Shown: positions 10,736 through 22,399 of the stretch, one piece after another | Numbering within the stretch: the first letter of the stretch is position 1 | Layout of the letters: each line of letters starts with the position of its first letter | Assembly (NCBI GenBank): GCA_038087875.1 | Contig: CM076001.1 | Span: forward strand, 870,001 to 934,000 | From: Malacoraja senta | Lineage: Eukaryota | Direction: 5' to 3' | Length of the DNA: 64,000 nt | Made by a program: the position numbers and the translations under genes | Notes under the pieces: generated by a model | Seen by the model: the letters and a program-made list of their open reading frames with translations, nothing else | The model's database searches: none | What the model was told of the DNA's origin: nothing

Positions 10736-12324
10736 TGCCAAGTAAACTCAGCCTGCTACCAAGCGGTTCTGGGGACTTCGCAATTTAATTACAAATCCAT
10801 TGTTCTGGAGGAGGCTGTGGTTCTATGGCATACATTTTCAGTCTATCAGTATATCAACAGCTGTGATCCCACCGCTGCACCAATATATGCTTGCTTCCCA
10901 TCAGCTGCCGGTCATGCTAAGACTGTGATACCCAGCACCAGAGCATTATTATCCCAGAGCTGTTTGTGGACACACTGGGCCGCTATAGACAGCGTCCTTC
11001 TCTCTGAAAAGCAAACATCTACCAGCTTGAGTGTGTCTTGGTACAGCATTCCATAGAACTGTAATTTTGGAAGAAAATATGGGAAAATATGGACAGGAAA
11101 AGGTATGTGGAAGATTGGCACTAAGGGAATACACAAGGGTGATAGAAAATGATTGAGTTGGTTTGCTCTTTATTGGACTCATAAAAGTGTTCAGCATGAA
11201 AATGTACTTGGTTCTTGCTTTCATGATTTGCATAGTTTGGTTCACTGAGACAATTACTGTCACTATGGAGATTAGGGTTTCTCTTCAGTTGTTTATTGTT
11301 CATTCGTACTTGTCGTTGAGAAACTCCCATTGTGATCTCCACAGTCCACATACTGAATATACTCCAAACATTACAGTTAGGGGGAGAGGTTCTACATAAT
11401 GGATGAGTGAAGTCGCAGAAAAGGGAAATAGAGTTCCAAGTGAGTGTGTTTTATGACTTCTTGTCCATTTTTACAGACTTTTGTAACTTCATACCCACTA
11501 CATTAACCACAATATTCTCAGTGCGCTATAAATAATTCCATTATAGAACTTGATCAAGTTTGTCAAATACTAAGCGCTAGAAATTCAGACACATGCATTA
11601 TTTTATTCAAGGCTCCTTGTACATCATTGCAGGGGAAATGAGTGAATCTTTCATCAAGGAGTGCTCTTTGCTGGGCACTTCAAGAAATATCATTTTAAAT
11701 TTGCTATTCCGGACTGGGATCCATGCAGGTGGTTCAAATATACACCTCCTCTTTTTTGGGGAATTCAAATATTACATCATTAAGTTACAGATCCAAATAA
11801 ATTATTTACGAGCACGGGCTGAATAATGTGAATCAACAGATATTCCTGGAACTTTTCAATTGCAATGTGTTTAATCTGTATCAGAGTGAATTATTACATT
11901 CATGGTGCACTTTTGTACTTTTAAACTTAGCTTCATTATCAATGTTGCGGTTGCTCCTGGGCCTATCATTTTCCAGCCAAATTGAGGGAGTCAAATTCAG
12001 CCAAATAAAAGGAGGAAGTACACATAGATTTGCAACAAACTGATCTCAACTGTGACTGTGCCTTTCATGTGATGGAAATGATACACAAATTTGCTTTTAT
12101 TTCTCCCTCCGTAAATCAAGTTTGCTAAGCATTTTTTTTATCAAGATGGTTCTTGGAAGGAAGCAAATGTTAGTTTATAGAAAGAAGGCAAATCTCTATT
12201 GGTTTCCCCATTTACATATCAGTCAGTTTTATTTACTGGAAACATTTATTGCCAGTGAAGAACACATAGTTATGCCAAGCAGATATGAACATTTGTATTT
12301 CAACAGTGTGTTAATTGTGTTTTG

Positions 12325-12630
12325 TTTAGTTTATTATTGTCATGTGCACCAAGGTACAGTGAAAAGCTTTTTTGTTGCATGCTATCCAGTCAGTGCAAAG
12401 ACTATATATGAATTACTATCAAGCCATCCACAGTGTACAGATACAGGATAAAGGGTATAACATTTAGTGCAAGACAAAGTCCAGTAAAGTCCAATTAAAG
12501 ATAATGTGAAGGTCTCCAATGAGGTAGATGGGAGGTCAAGACCATTCTCTAGTTGGTGAGAGGATGGTTCAGTCGCCTGATAACTGCCAGGAAGAAACTG
12601 TTCCTGAAAATGAAGGCATGCGTTTTCAAA
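12325..12630 (-). mobile_element. LINE 3' fragment (Rex1/L2-like)
   Basis: TTTAGTTTATTATTGTCATGTGCACCAAGGTACAGTGAAAAGC; same family at 9145-9200 and 53826-54210. Confidence 0.65.
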
Positions 12631-12989
12631 CGTCCAGATCCAGGGACATAAAAGCATCCTAAACAATCAACCCATTTAAAAAAAAGATTAATTATCCAAA
12701 AGATAAGAATTTATCACTCCAAACAGGACCCCACATGCACATGCAGCTGAATACATGTTCTGTAGACATTATTCCCTCAGCACACATAAAACATTTGAAG
12801 ATCGTAAGTGAAGTAGGAATTGTAAGCAGCCGGTCTCATTATATGATAAGAAAATAATCTTTATTCCCTCTTTTACAATCTAGTTAACATCTAGTAAAAT
12901 TAACTATTGATTTTATTTGATGCTTCTAAACCTGTGCTAGCTCTTTTGAATTGCTCTTTTCCAAATGGATCAAATAGCCAAAAAGTCAT

Positions 12990-13188
12990 GAACTCAGCGG
13001 GTGCAGCAGCATCTATGGAGCGAAGGAAATAGGCAACGTTTCGGGCCGAAACCCTTCTTCAGACTAAGAGGGTTTCGGCCCGAAACGTTGCCTATTTCCT
13101 TCGCTCCATAGATGCTGCTGCACCCGCTGAGTTTCTCCAGCATTTTTGTGTACCTTAGATTTTCCAGCATCTGCAGTTCCTTCTTTAA
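12990..13188. mobile_element. Young hairpin PLE terminal element with hammerhead motif
   Basis: Near-perfect inverted arms centred near 13065; 11-bp TSD CAAAAAGTCAT (12979-12989, 13189-13199). Confidence 0.9.
13035..13062 (-). ncRNA. Minimal type I hammerhead ribozyme motif (PLE-associated)
   Basis: Minus strand reads CUGAAGA-A-GGGU(UUCG)GCCC-GAAA-C-GUU. Catalytic core and stem II are present; helix III is the palindrome ACGU; helix I is very short. Confidence 0.65.
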
Positions 13189-14099
13189 CAAAAAGTCATC
13201 TCTGTCTTCACTGTAAAAATGTACCCTCTCTTCCCAAATACCATTTTAACTACTGAGCAGATTTGGACTCCATCTTAATTACACTGTGTATTAGCAAAAG
13301 CCTCCTGTGTTTACAGCAGCATACATCTCAAAGAGCTGCATCAGGCCTTGCTGGCTGTATCGGGTTCAGGCTAGTTAACTCAGTCACTCAGTTGCCACTG
13401 GCAAGCAATTGTTATCACTGAAAGAAACCATGGGTTAGATATACAGTTTATTTAAATGCTAAATTACAAAGTACTAAATACAAAGCATTGATATATTTCA
13501 GGGAAAAAAAGATTAAAAGGAAGAATAGATATTTTGTTTTAATTCATTTGGTGAATCTGAGTCGTTGCTTGAAATTGTTGTGTCATATGGGGATCTCAGG
13601 ATAGTTGATTCTTGTTGAGAGCTGTGTGATTACGATGTAACTCCAGCTATTTGAGTTCAGGTTTTGGGTTTCCAGCCTGAAAGGGTTACTTAAAGGTCAC
13701 TGTGAAATATCAAGGAAGCTTGGATTGCCCATCCAGACTCAGTCACCCACCCCACAGGCAGAAAGAGATCAGGGTACAGAGAGAGAGCCAGAGAGCGTGC
13801 AGTCTGCTCTGTGTTCTCCGCACTACGCACTGGTCGGAGTGACAAACATTTGAAGGGGAGATGTGCCAATGAGCAAGAGACTGTGCAGGAGGCAACAGCA
13901 TCCGGTAGACATGCAGTTGTTTTGAGAGATTCCATAATTCAGGCGACAGGCAGGTAATTCTACACCTGTCATGGTGAATTGTGGTTGCATGGTGTGCAAT
14001 TACCAGTCTGATGCCAGGATACCGGACAGGGTGTGGAATGTACCGCAGAGGCAGCAAGTGACAGAGCAGCTTTAATACAAATCGGTACCAATAGTGCAT

Positions 14100-14370
14100 A
14101 GAAGAGTGCGGCACCGGCCCACAATATCCAAGCCAAACATGATGGCAAGTTAAATTAATCTCCTTTGTCTGCACGTGACCCATATCCCTCCACTCCCTGT
14201 ATATCCAAGCGTCAATCCAAATGCCTCTTAAACTGAACTCTCGTATCCGCCTTCACTGCCTCCCCTGCCAGGGGGCCCCAGACACCCACCACTCTCTGTG
14301 TAAAAAACCTGCCCCACACATCTCCTTTAAACTTTGCCCCTCTCAACATAGCTATGCTCTTTGACATTTC
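14100..14370 (-). mobile_element. Degenerate CR1 3' fragment
   Basis: CCCACCACTCTCTGTGTAAAAAACCTGCCCCACACATCTCCTTTAAACTTTGCCCCTCTCA is the reverse complement of the CR1 ORF2 end. Confidence 0.7.
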
Positions 14371-14614
14371 CACACTTTAGAGAGGGCTGGTATTAAGGTA
14401 CGAGAACCAAGAGCTAGATTAGAACCTAAAATATAGAATCTTAAAAGTAGTAATCTCCAGATTACAACCAGAATTAAGTGCCTGCGAGAATGAAAATTGG
14501 AAGGTAGAAAAACCTTTACGTGACTTGAGTTAAAGTGCAGGAGAGAGGGTTTTAGATGCTCAGGACATCTGGCTTGTTCTGGTCATTGAAACTGGGAAAG
14601 TGAGAAAACAAAAG

Positions 14615-14710
14615 CAAAGCACAAAGTGCTGGAGGAACTCAGCAGGCCAGGCAGCATCTGTGGAGGGAATGGACGGACAAACATTTAGGGTCAGGACCCT
14701 TCTTCAGATT
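14615..14710 (-). mobile_element. PLE terminal repeat
   Basis: CACAAAGTGCTGGAGGAACTCAGCAGG...GGACCCTTCTTCAGA. Confidence 0.7.
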
Positions 14711-17633
14711 TCCCACTTCTTTGGAGTGAGAAAACAAGTTGTTCTAAAGATGCATCAGGATGGGAGAAGGATGGATTGAACAAAATAAATATTTTTATTA
14801 AAAGTGAGGGCAAGATTGTCATTGGGATAATGAAGTAATGTAAATAAAGTGATCCAGTCGATGTATTGATGAGGGCAGTTAGAGAAAGAGTGAACCAGAA
14901 TATAGGAGCATAAACTAACAACCCCTGGTAACATATTGGACAGATGATCTTATTAATAGCTAATGCCCAGGGAAACACTCCTCTCTTTAGAGATATTCCC
15001 TTTGTCCTATCTGTCCTTTCTGGTTCGTGCAAAGGGTGTTGGAATTGAATCATTAACGCTGTTTCTTTTTCCACAGATACCAGGCCTGCTGAGTGTATCT
15101 AGAATTTCCTATTTTTATTGCAGATTTCAACGATGGTTTAAAAAAAAAATTGTTGGCTTGTATTTCATGAGTACAGAAGATGTAAATATTCAAGGTAAAG
15201 GAGCTAATAGGATAGATAGAGGGAAACTACTACCTCTGGCGAGGAAGTCCAGAGCAAAGTGAATTTAGAGATGATTCATTCAGGACTGACTCAACACCCA
15301 CTGCTTCACACAAAAGGCAGCAGAAGTCCAGTCATCGCAATTAAATCACATGAGCAACTCAAAATCCAATTGCTATTTTTGTTAGTCATGGATTTTATGG
15401 GATTTGGAGTGAAGGCCGATGAATGAAATTGAAATTCAGATTAAACATGAGCTAATTGAATGGCAGAACTGACACGAGGGATTGAATAATCTACTCCCAC
15501 TCTCAGTTCTTGGCGTAAGGAGGAGTAGGAAAGGCTCCTAGGTGATTCCAAGTGACAGCATACACTTGTTAAAAAATATCTACTTCACCATGCAGCGAAA
15601 GAACATTGATTCTTTTACTTTTTCACCAATCAACTTGGGAAAGGAATGATTTCATCATTGTTTCCTTTCAAGGCTCTTAAAGAGAAATGCTGCTAATATT
15701 TTTTAAGAAAGGATTCAGATATTGGAATGAAGTAATTGAGCTTTATTTCCATTGGTCTATGATTCTATGACACTAATTGAAATTTTCCATGGTGAAAAAA
15801 TGAATACACGCTGAGAAATTCATCCCTGGTTAGAAGCTGTCAATGCATATTGTAGCCTGCCACTGAAATTCATTCCATTGACTGTAGTGTGAAGAATTTG
15901 AGATGCAGTGAACAATGGGCAGCACAGCAGTGTTCAGTGCGACTGGCAAGGGATGAATACCTGGGTAACCATCTTTAAACCTCAGGATGTATTGTATCCC
16001 CACATTACACTGTTATTGTTTTTTAAGAGCTTCAGGGTAAATCGCTAAGCTCGCATTTATTTCTCCCTCCCAGCTCTCCATCTTTTACAGCGTTCATCTG
16101 AAAGAAGTACAGACCCTGTGGTGAAATGCATTACCGGATAATATCCCCCAAAAAGATTAGAGGGTTTAAAACTTTTGGATTTTGGAGGCAATATTACAGT
16201 AAAACATGTCAATACTGAAAACTAATAACCTGGCAACTAATCCACCATTCTTTTTCTTTTATAATATTATTCACAATAAAACCCCAAAACGGGCAGGTGA
16301 ACACAATAACAAATACATAATGCCACTTGATGCTGTCAGCCTCAGGACACAAAGAGATTTCTCCCAGAGGAAATGTGGACTCAAACAGACATGTCAGATT
16401 AAGGCAAGATGCACCTTGGAACAAACTGACAAACATCCCTGGGGTAGCGGTCAATTCTGGCTCAGAAAATCTTGTCGGCTGACAGTGTTCTTCGGTGTGA
16501 TTTAAGGCAATTTGAGTAGCCATTAGCCTGTAGGTTGTGTCATTCTCGGGTTAAAGTTACAGAAACAATCACTTGAACTGCAGTTAAATGTACTCCTTAT
16601 GGAAAATATTCACTGCGGCTCTATTGCCCAGGTGCTAATGTCAGCCCTCACAAATGGCCATGGTCACCTATGCCAGATCCTGCCCAAGGCAAGGTCACTG
16701 CCACTTCTTTTGTCTCTTCCTCTCTGGCTTTTCTTACCATATTTCAAAGTTTTCTTTTCTGCACCCGAGTAAACTATCCCCCACAAAACTGGGAATCGCT
16801 AAGCTCATTCACAGCTTCAATAGCACGATGGCTCTGAAGTAGCTTCCAGAGATTATATGATGCAGGAAAAATGTCAAGTGGGTGACAAACACCTGTGTTA
16901 TTCACAATATTCACAATTTAAGGCACTCTGCAATTCTGACATGCTGAATTAGTGCATGAAGCCATTGAGAACATAATCTCATTTGCATCTCTTGAAACCT
17001 TTTTCCAAAATAGGATCAATTTAGTAAACAATACTTAATGAAACCAGGCAATATTGTAGGTTATTGCTTACAATTAAAATATTTCAGAACTGGCTAACAT
17101 CCATACTGCTACCAGCTTCTGGTATTAAAAAATGCTTAGAGTGATTTCTGAAGTGGCAATTTGTCTGTGCGATTAACATTTAGACACAGGTTAGAGAGGC
17201 CAACACAAGACCTAAAACACTATATCAAGCTCATCTGTTATGAGCACTGACATAAAGCAAAATAAGCATGAAAATAAGGTAAAAGTAACAAGGCCTAGAA
17301 TTCACCATAACAATCTCAATGTACCTACGTTTCCACTTATACGAGTGCCATTAATCATTTCTCTATTGCTAACTATTCAAAATCATAAGCCCTAGACATA
17401 GGACTTCACGTGAATTAGGCGGCAAACTCAGGAATGCACACAAAACACATACGCACATATACACACACACACATATCACACACACTCACACTCACACATA
17501 AGCGTGCATGTACTCATGCACACAATAATGTAACCTCTGCAGAACACCAAAGTAGTGATAGCACCTCGTTGGAATAGTACCACCATGTGTGGCCATATTT
17601 GCTGCTCGCTGTTCTGAGTCCGCTGAAGGATAA

Positions 17634-18306
17634 AGGGCCTGTCCCACTTGCGTGTCCTTGGCACGCAAATTGAGCCGCGACGGTCCGCGAAGGTCGGGCA
17701 CGATTACATGCGTACGCGCAGTCGTCTGGAGCCCGTGACGTTATTTGAAGATGGACACAAAGCTGGAGTAACTCAGTGGGACCGGCAGCATCTCTGGAGA
17801 GAAGCAAAGGGTGACATTTCGTGTCGAGACTCTTCTTCAGTCTGAAAAGAAGGGTCTTGACCCGAAACGTCACCCATTGCTTCTCTCCAGAAATGCTGCC
17901 GGTCCCGCTGAGTTACTCCTGCATTTTGTGTCTATCTTCAATTTTCTTGGCCTCGCTCTGGGAGTAGGAGTGGGGGCGGATCCGGACCGCTACGGCCGTG
18001 AGCCCCAGGCCGAGTTCGGCGATAGTTTGCCTGCTTCTGCTGCTGTTGAAGGTGAGACATTGCGTCGCGCTAGGGTCTAGGGCCTGTCCCACTTTGGCCG
18101 TCAGTTCTGCGACAGGCCGTTGGCGCGCGAAGATTTCGTTCACTACAAAAATTTCGGAGCCCCGCGCGATGTCGCGCACAACTACATACCCCTCCGCACT
18201 TCTAAGTGGGACCGGACCCACGCGGCCATACGATGCCCGTGCGCCTCAACGCGACCATGAGGTCGTGTAATCTGCGTGCCAAGGACACGTAAGTGGGACA
18301 GGCCCT
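17634..18306. mobile_element. PIF/Harbinger-type MITE (composite) carrying a nested PLE hairpin
   Basis: TIRs AGGGCCTGTCCCACTTGCGTGTCCTTGGCACGCA / TGCGTGCCAAGGACACGTAAGTGGGACAGGCCCT; TSD TAA (17631-17633, 18307-18309). Confidence 0.88.
17745..17941. mobile_element. Palindromic PLE terminal element with two opposed hammerhead-like motifs
   Basis: TTGAAGATGGACACAAAGCTGGAG ... CTCCTGCATTTTGTGTCTATCTTCAA, symmetric around CTTCAGTCTGAA. Confidence 0.85.
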
Positions 18307-19102
18307 TAAGGCACAGGAGAAGGCATTCAGGAGACAGAGATGAGTGGTTAATGGTAATAGCCAGCAATTTTACTGAAGACTTGGGAAAACAATCCTGCTC
18401 TTTCTGCCTCCACAATAAGTGAACAATCGTCTGACTTACCTTTCGGTAGCAGACTGATCACCTGAAGACGCTAGCCACAGCAGACATGTCATTCACAGGC
18501 CAATGAACCAAAGCTACTGTAAACATACACCAGATCTCTGATTTAGCACTTGGGGTGTGTGCCCAGTGCAGCTACTGAGGAAGCCAATCCCAAAGTACTG
18601 ACCAGTGCATCTTTGGCATGGATCAAGCCCCTTCATCTTTCTTCACCTTTGGATCCTTAAACTTCCATTGCATCCTTAAACTGACCACACTGTTGTCAGA
18701 TTTATCAGCCTTAAGTGTTTATAAATCTCACGTTTCAAGTCCAAACTATTGTGATTTCATAGTATTATTAAAATAATGTGTGTATTGAACTGGTATGTTT
18801 AAAGACTAATAAATCAGAGATTGTTAAACAATGACTGAGTTCCTACAAGTAGGATGGATTTTGCTATAGTCACTTTCATTTTGCGATAAAAAGGCTTCAC
18901 TTCATCATCATTTTCCTCGGAGAAACATTCAGGATGAACCATTTTACAATATAACCACTATCAAATAAATCACTTGATGCTTCACTGCTATCTGTAGAGA
19001 TTTTGATTATATTGCCTATTTTGAAGAGGTTGCAGCCAGCTGGATCAGCTAGGCTGGCATGAAGAATGATACACATACATCAAACATTTGTGTAGCAAAA
19101 GG

Positions 19103-19116
19103 ACAGTAGATGGCAC
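19103..19116 (+). promoter_or_regulatory. CTCF-like motif
   Basis: ACAGTAGATGGCAC resembles the CCASYAGRKGGCRS consensus; motif match only. Confidence 0.3.
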
Positions 19117-19819
19117 CTGCAGCAGTAGAGCTAATAGGATTTGATGTTTCAATCCCTGTAATAAGTCGGCACTCTTGCTATTTGTAGTGGGATTGGAGTG
19201 GTGAAAGGTAGGGTAGGTGCATCATCGGGGTCATCAGGTGGGCACCCTCCTTCTTTGACGTTCCATTGATAAGCCCACAACATCTCCAGAGGGCTCAACG
19301 GTGATACTGACGTCCCAGTTACACCCCCCTCAATTCCATACCCCCTCCTGTCTTCATTTTGCAGCCCAATTGTTATCTCTCCTTTTGATCCAAATCCAAT
19401 TGCTGCTTTTTTCTGCAGAATTTGATAATGATTTGATTGCTTGCTGGAGGGAGCAGCCCCTCACCAAAGGAATTGGCTTCAAACCCCTCTCAGGGCAATG
19501 CGATAAACATTTCCTTTTTCAACCAAGCTAACATTGATCACAATGATACTGACCAAGGCAAACTGACAGTTGTTGAGGACAATGCAGAGGGAACTGTATC
19601 CTGTTTATGAAACAAGCTGCAAATGGCTTATTTGTGTTTTGCAAAAGGTGGAAGGAAAAGAAAATACCTTCACTAATGGCGATCATCTTGTAAGGAATTT
19701 TTTGTAAGAATTTTAGAAAATAATTTAATAAAATATGTCAAATTATTAAACTGAATTTAAATCAAATTCTACAATTAAAGCATTTACCACAAATTTGTAA
19801 ATTTGCAAAATACAAATTT

Positions 19820-20610
19820 TCATAAGTCATAGGAGCAGAATTAGGTCATTCAGCCCATCATGTTTACTCCGCCACGCAATCATGGCTGATCTATCTTTCC
19901 CTCTCAACCACATAACCTTTGATACCCATACTAATCAAGAACAGGTCAATCTCCGCTTTAAAAATACTCAATGCCTTGGCCACCACAGCCATCTGTGGCA
20001 ATGAATTCTGCAGATTCACCACCCTCTGATTAATGTAATTCCTCCTTATCTTTCCTTTTATTCTGCGGCTGTGCCCTCTGGTCTTATACTCTCCCACTAG
20101 TGGAAACATCCTCTTCATATCCATTCTATCCAGGTCTTTCACTATTCAGTAGATTTCAATGAGATTCTCCCTAATTGTTCTTAGCTCTAGCAAGTACAGG
20201 CCCAAGCTGTCAAACGCTCATCATATGTTAACCCAATCATCCCGGGAATCATTCTCATAAACCTCCTCTGGACCCTCTCCAACGTCAGCACATCCCTTCT
20301 CAGATTTGTGGCCCAAAACTGCTCACAATATTCTAAATGTGGTCTTACCAGCGCCTTATAAAGCCTCAGCATTGCATCCCTGCTTTTATATTCTAGTCCT
20401 CTTGAAATGAATGCCAGCATAGCATTTGCCTTCCTTACAACTGAATCAACCTGTAAATTAACTGGAAGGTACACAAAAATGCTGGAGAAACTCAGCGGGT
20501 GCAGCAGCATCTATGGAGCGAAGGAAATAGGTAACGTTTCGGGCCGAAACCCTTCTTCAGACTTTTAACTTTTGGGAATCCTGCACCAGCACTCCCAAGC
20601 CCCTTTGCAC
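19820..20610 (-). mobile_element. CR1 LINE 3' fragment with nested PLE end (20464-20564)
   Basis: ORF remnants LQVDSVVRKANAMLAFISRGLEYKSRD...[16 protein letters not shown] insertion flanked by TTAACT (20458-20463, 20565-20570). Confidence 0.88.
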
Positions 20611-21088
20611 ATTTTGTTTCCATTTATTTAGCACCTTTCATTCCAGAGTTCTCCCAATGCTTCAAAGTTAATATATTTAGTAACTGCTATGGTGTAGGTG
20701 TTTCATTGGTAAATATGACCAATATGGGATCCTAAATGTTAAAGCATATATAAGGCACAAATAAAAAGAAAATCTTTTTAAACTAAGGTTTTGATTGAAT
20801 TTCTTTAACGTCTATGCTTCTCAATTCTGGCACAAATAGATTTCACATTACATCTCAGAACTCTCATCCATTTATTGGACCATGAATTTCTTGCTAAACA
20901 AAAATGCCTTCCCTCCTGTAATAGGTTAGCCTCTGACCATCCATTTAAAGCCTTCCATCCCAAAGGTAGCAACCAGAGTGCCAGCATAAATAGAGAAATG
21001 CATTAACCAGCACCCCTGACTAGCTGTGTAGGAAAGAACTGCAGATGCTGGTTTAAATTGAAGGTAGAAACAAATGCTGGAGTAACTT

Positions 21089-21692
21089 CTGCAGTTGTAT
21101 AGGGCTCCGGTAAGACCACATCTGGAGTATTGTGTACAGTTTTGGTCTCCTAATTTGAGGAAGGACATCCTTGTCATTGAGGCAGTGCAGCGTAGGTTCA
21201 CGAGATTGATCCCTGGGATGGCAGGACTGTCATATGAGGAAAGATTGAAAAAACTAGGCTTCTATTCACTGGAGTTTAGAAGGATGAGGGGAGATCTTAT
21301 AAAAACATATAAAATTATAAAAGGACTGGACAAGCTAGATGCAGGAAAAAAATTCCCAATGTTGGGCGAGTCCAGAACCAGGGCCACAGTCTTAGAATAA
21401 AGGGGAGGCCATTTAAGACTGAGGTGAGAAAACACTTTTTCACCCAGAGAGTTGTGAATTTGTCAAATTCCCTGCCACAGAGGGCAGTAGAGGCCAAATC
21501 ACTGGATGGATTTAAGAGAGAGTTAGATAGAGCTCTAGGGGCTAGTGGAATCAAGGGATATGTGGAGAAGGCAGGCACGCGTTATTGATTGGGGACGATC
21601 AGCCATGATCACAATGAATGGCGGTGCTGGCTCGAAGGGCCGAATGGCCTCCTCCTGCACCTATTTTCTATATTTTCTATATTTCTATGTTC
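21089..21692 (+). mobile_element. CR1 LINE 3' fragment, joined to a PLE end at 21025-21088
   Basis: [23 protein letters not shown]...; 3' UTR GAAGGGCCGAATGGCCTCCTCCTGCACC plus CTAT repeat tail; closely similar to 36031-36635. Confidence 0.9.
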
Positions 21693-22399
21693 TAACTCAG
21701 TGGGACAGGCAGCTACCCCTGACTAGCTTGCGGACTGTAGTTAAAATGAGACGCTCAAGTTTAGTTTCATCGTTAAGAATTAATTCCAAGCCTAAAATTG
21801 AATAGCAGAAATTAAATGCTTGCTCGCTGATGTTATATTTGTGAGAGCAAAATAGAGTGAAACTTGAGCCTCTGGACATTTTTATGGGATTCTCTATTGT
21901 ACTGACTGCAAAAGCTTTATTTAGCATAAGGAATTAATATGCAACTCTACATTAAAACCTTAGCAGAACTACAAGCAAACTGAGTGTGTTTGATAGAGTA
22001 TATTAAATAGTGAATTTACAAGGTTTTGTTTTCAATTAATTAATCACTGATTGTAAATTCTTATACTTCTTTTTTTTTTTTCCATGTTTATTTATTTATT
22101 TATTTTTAAATTTTATTAGAAGTAAGTACAATTGTATACAATCATATTTTCATAATACCTTTTATGTACAGCTTCTTATTTAAAATTTTTTTTGAAATAA
22201 AGAAGAAAAAGAAAAAAGTTAGATAATGAAAAATAGAAAAATGTGAGATATATAGTGTGTGAAAAAGAAAAATAAAGAATGAAAAAAGAAAGTTGAGACA
22301 TAGAAAATAGAAGAAAGAGAATAAAAGAAAAGAAGAGAAGAAAAGAAAATAGAAGGAGATCATTTATAATCTTGACCATCCGCAGTCACGGATTAGTTT

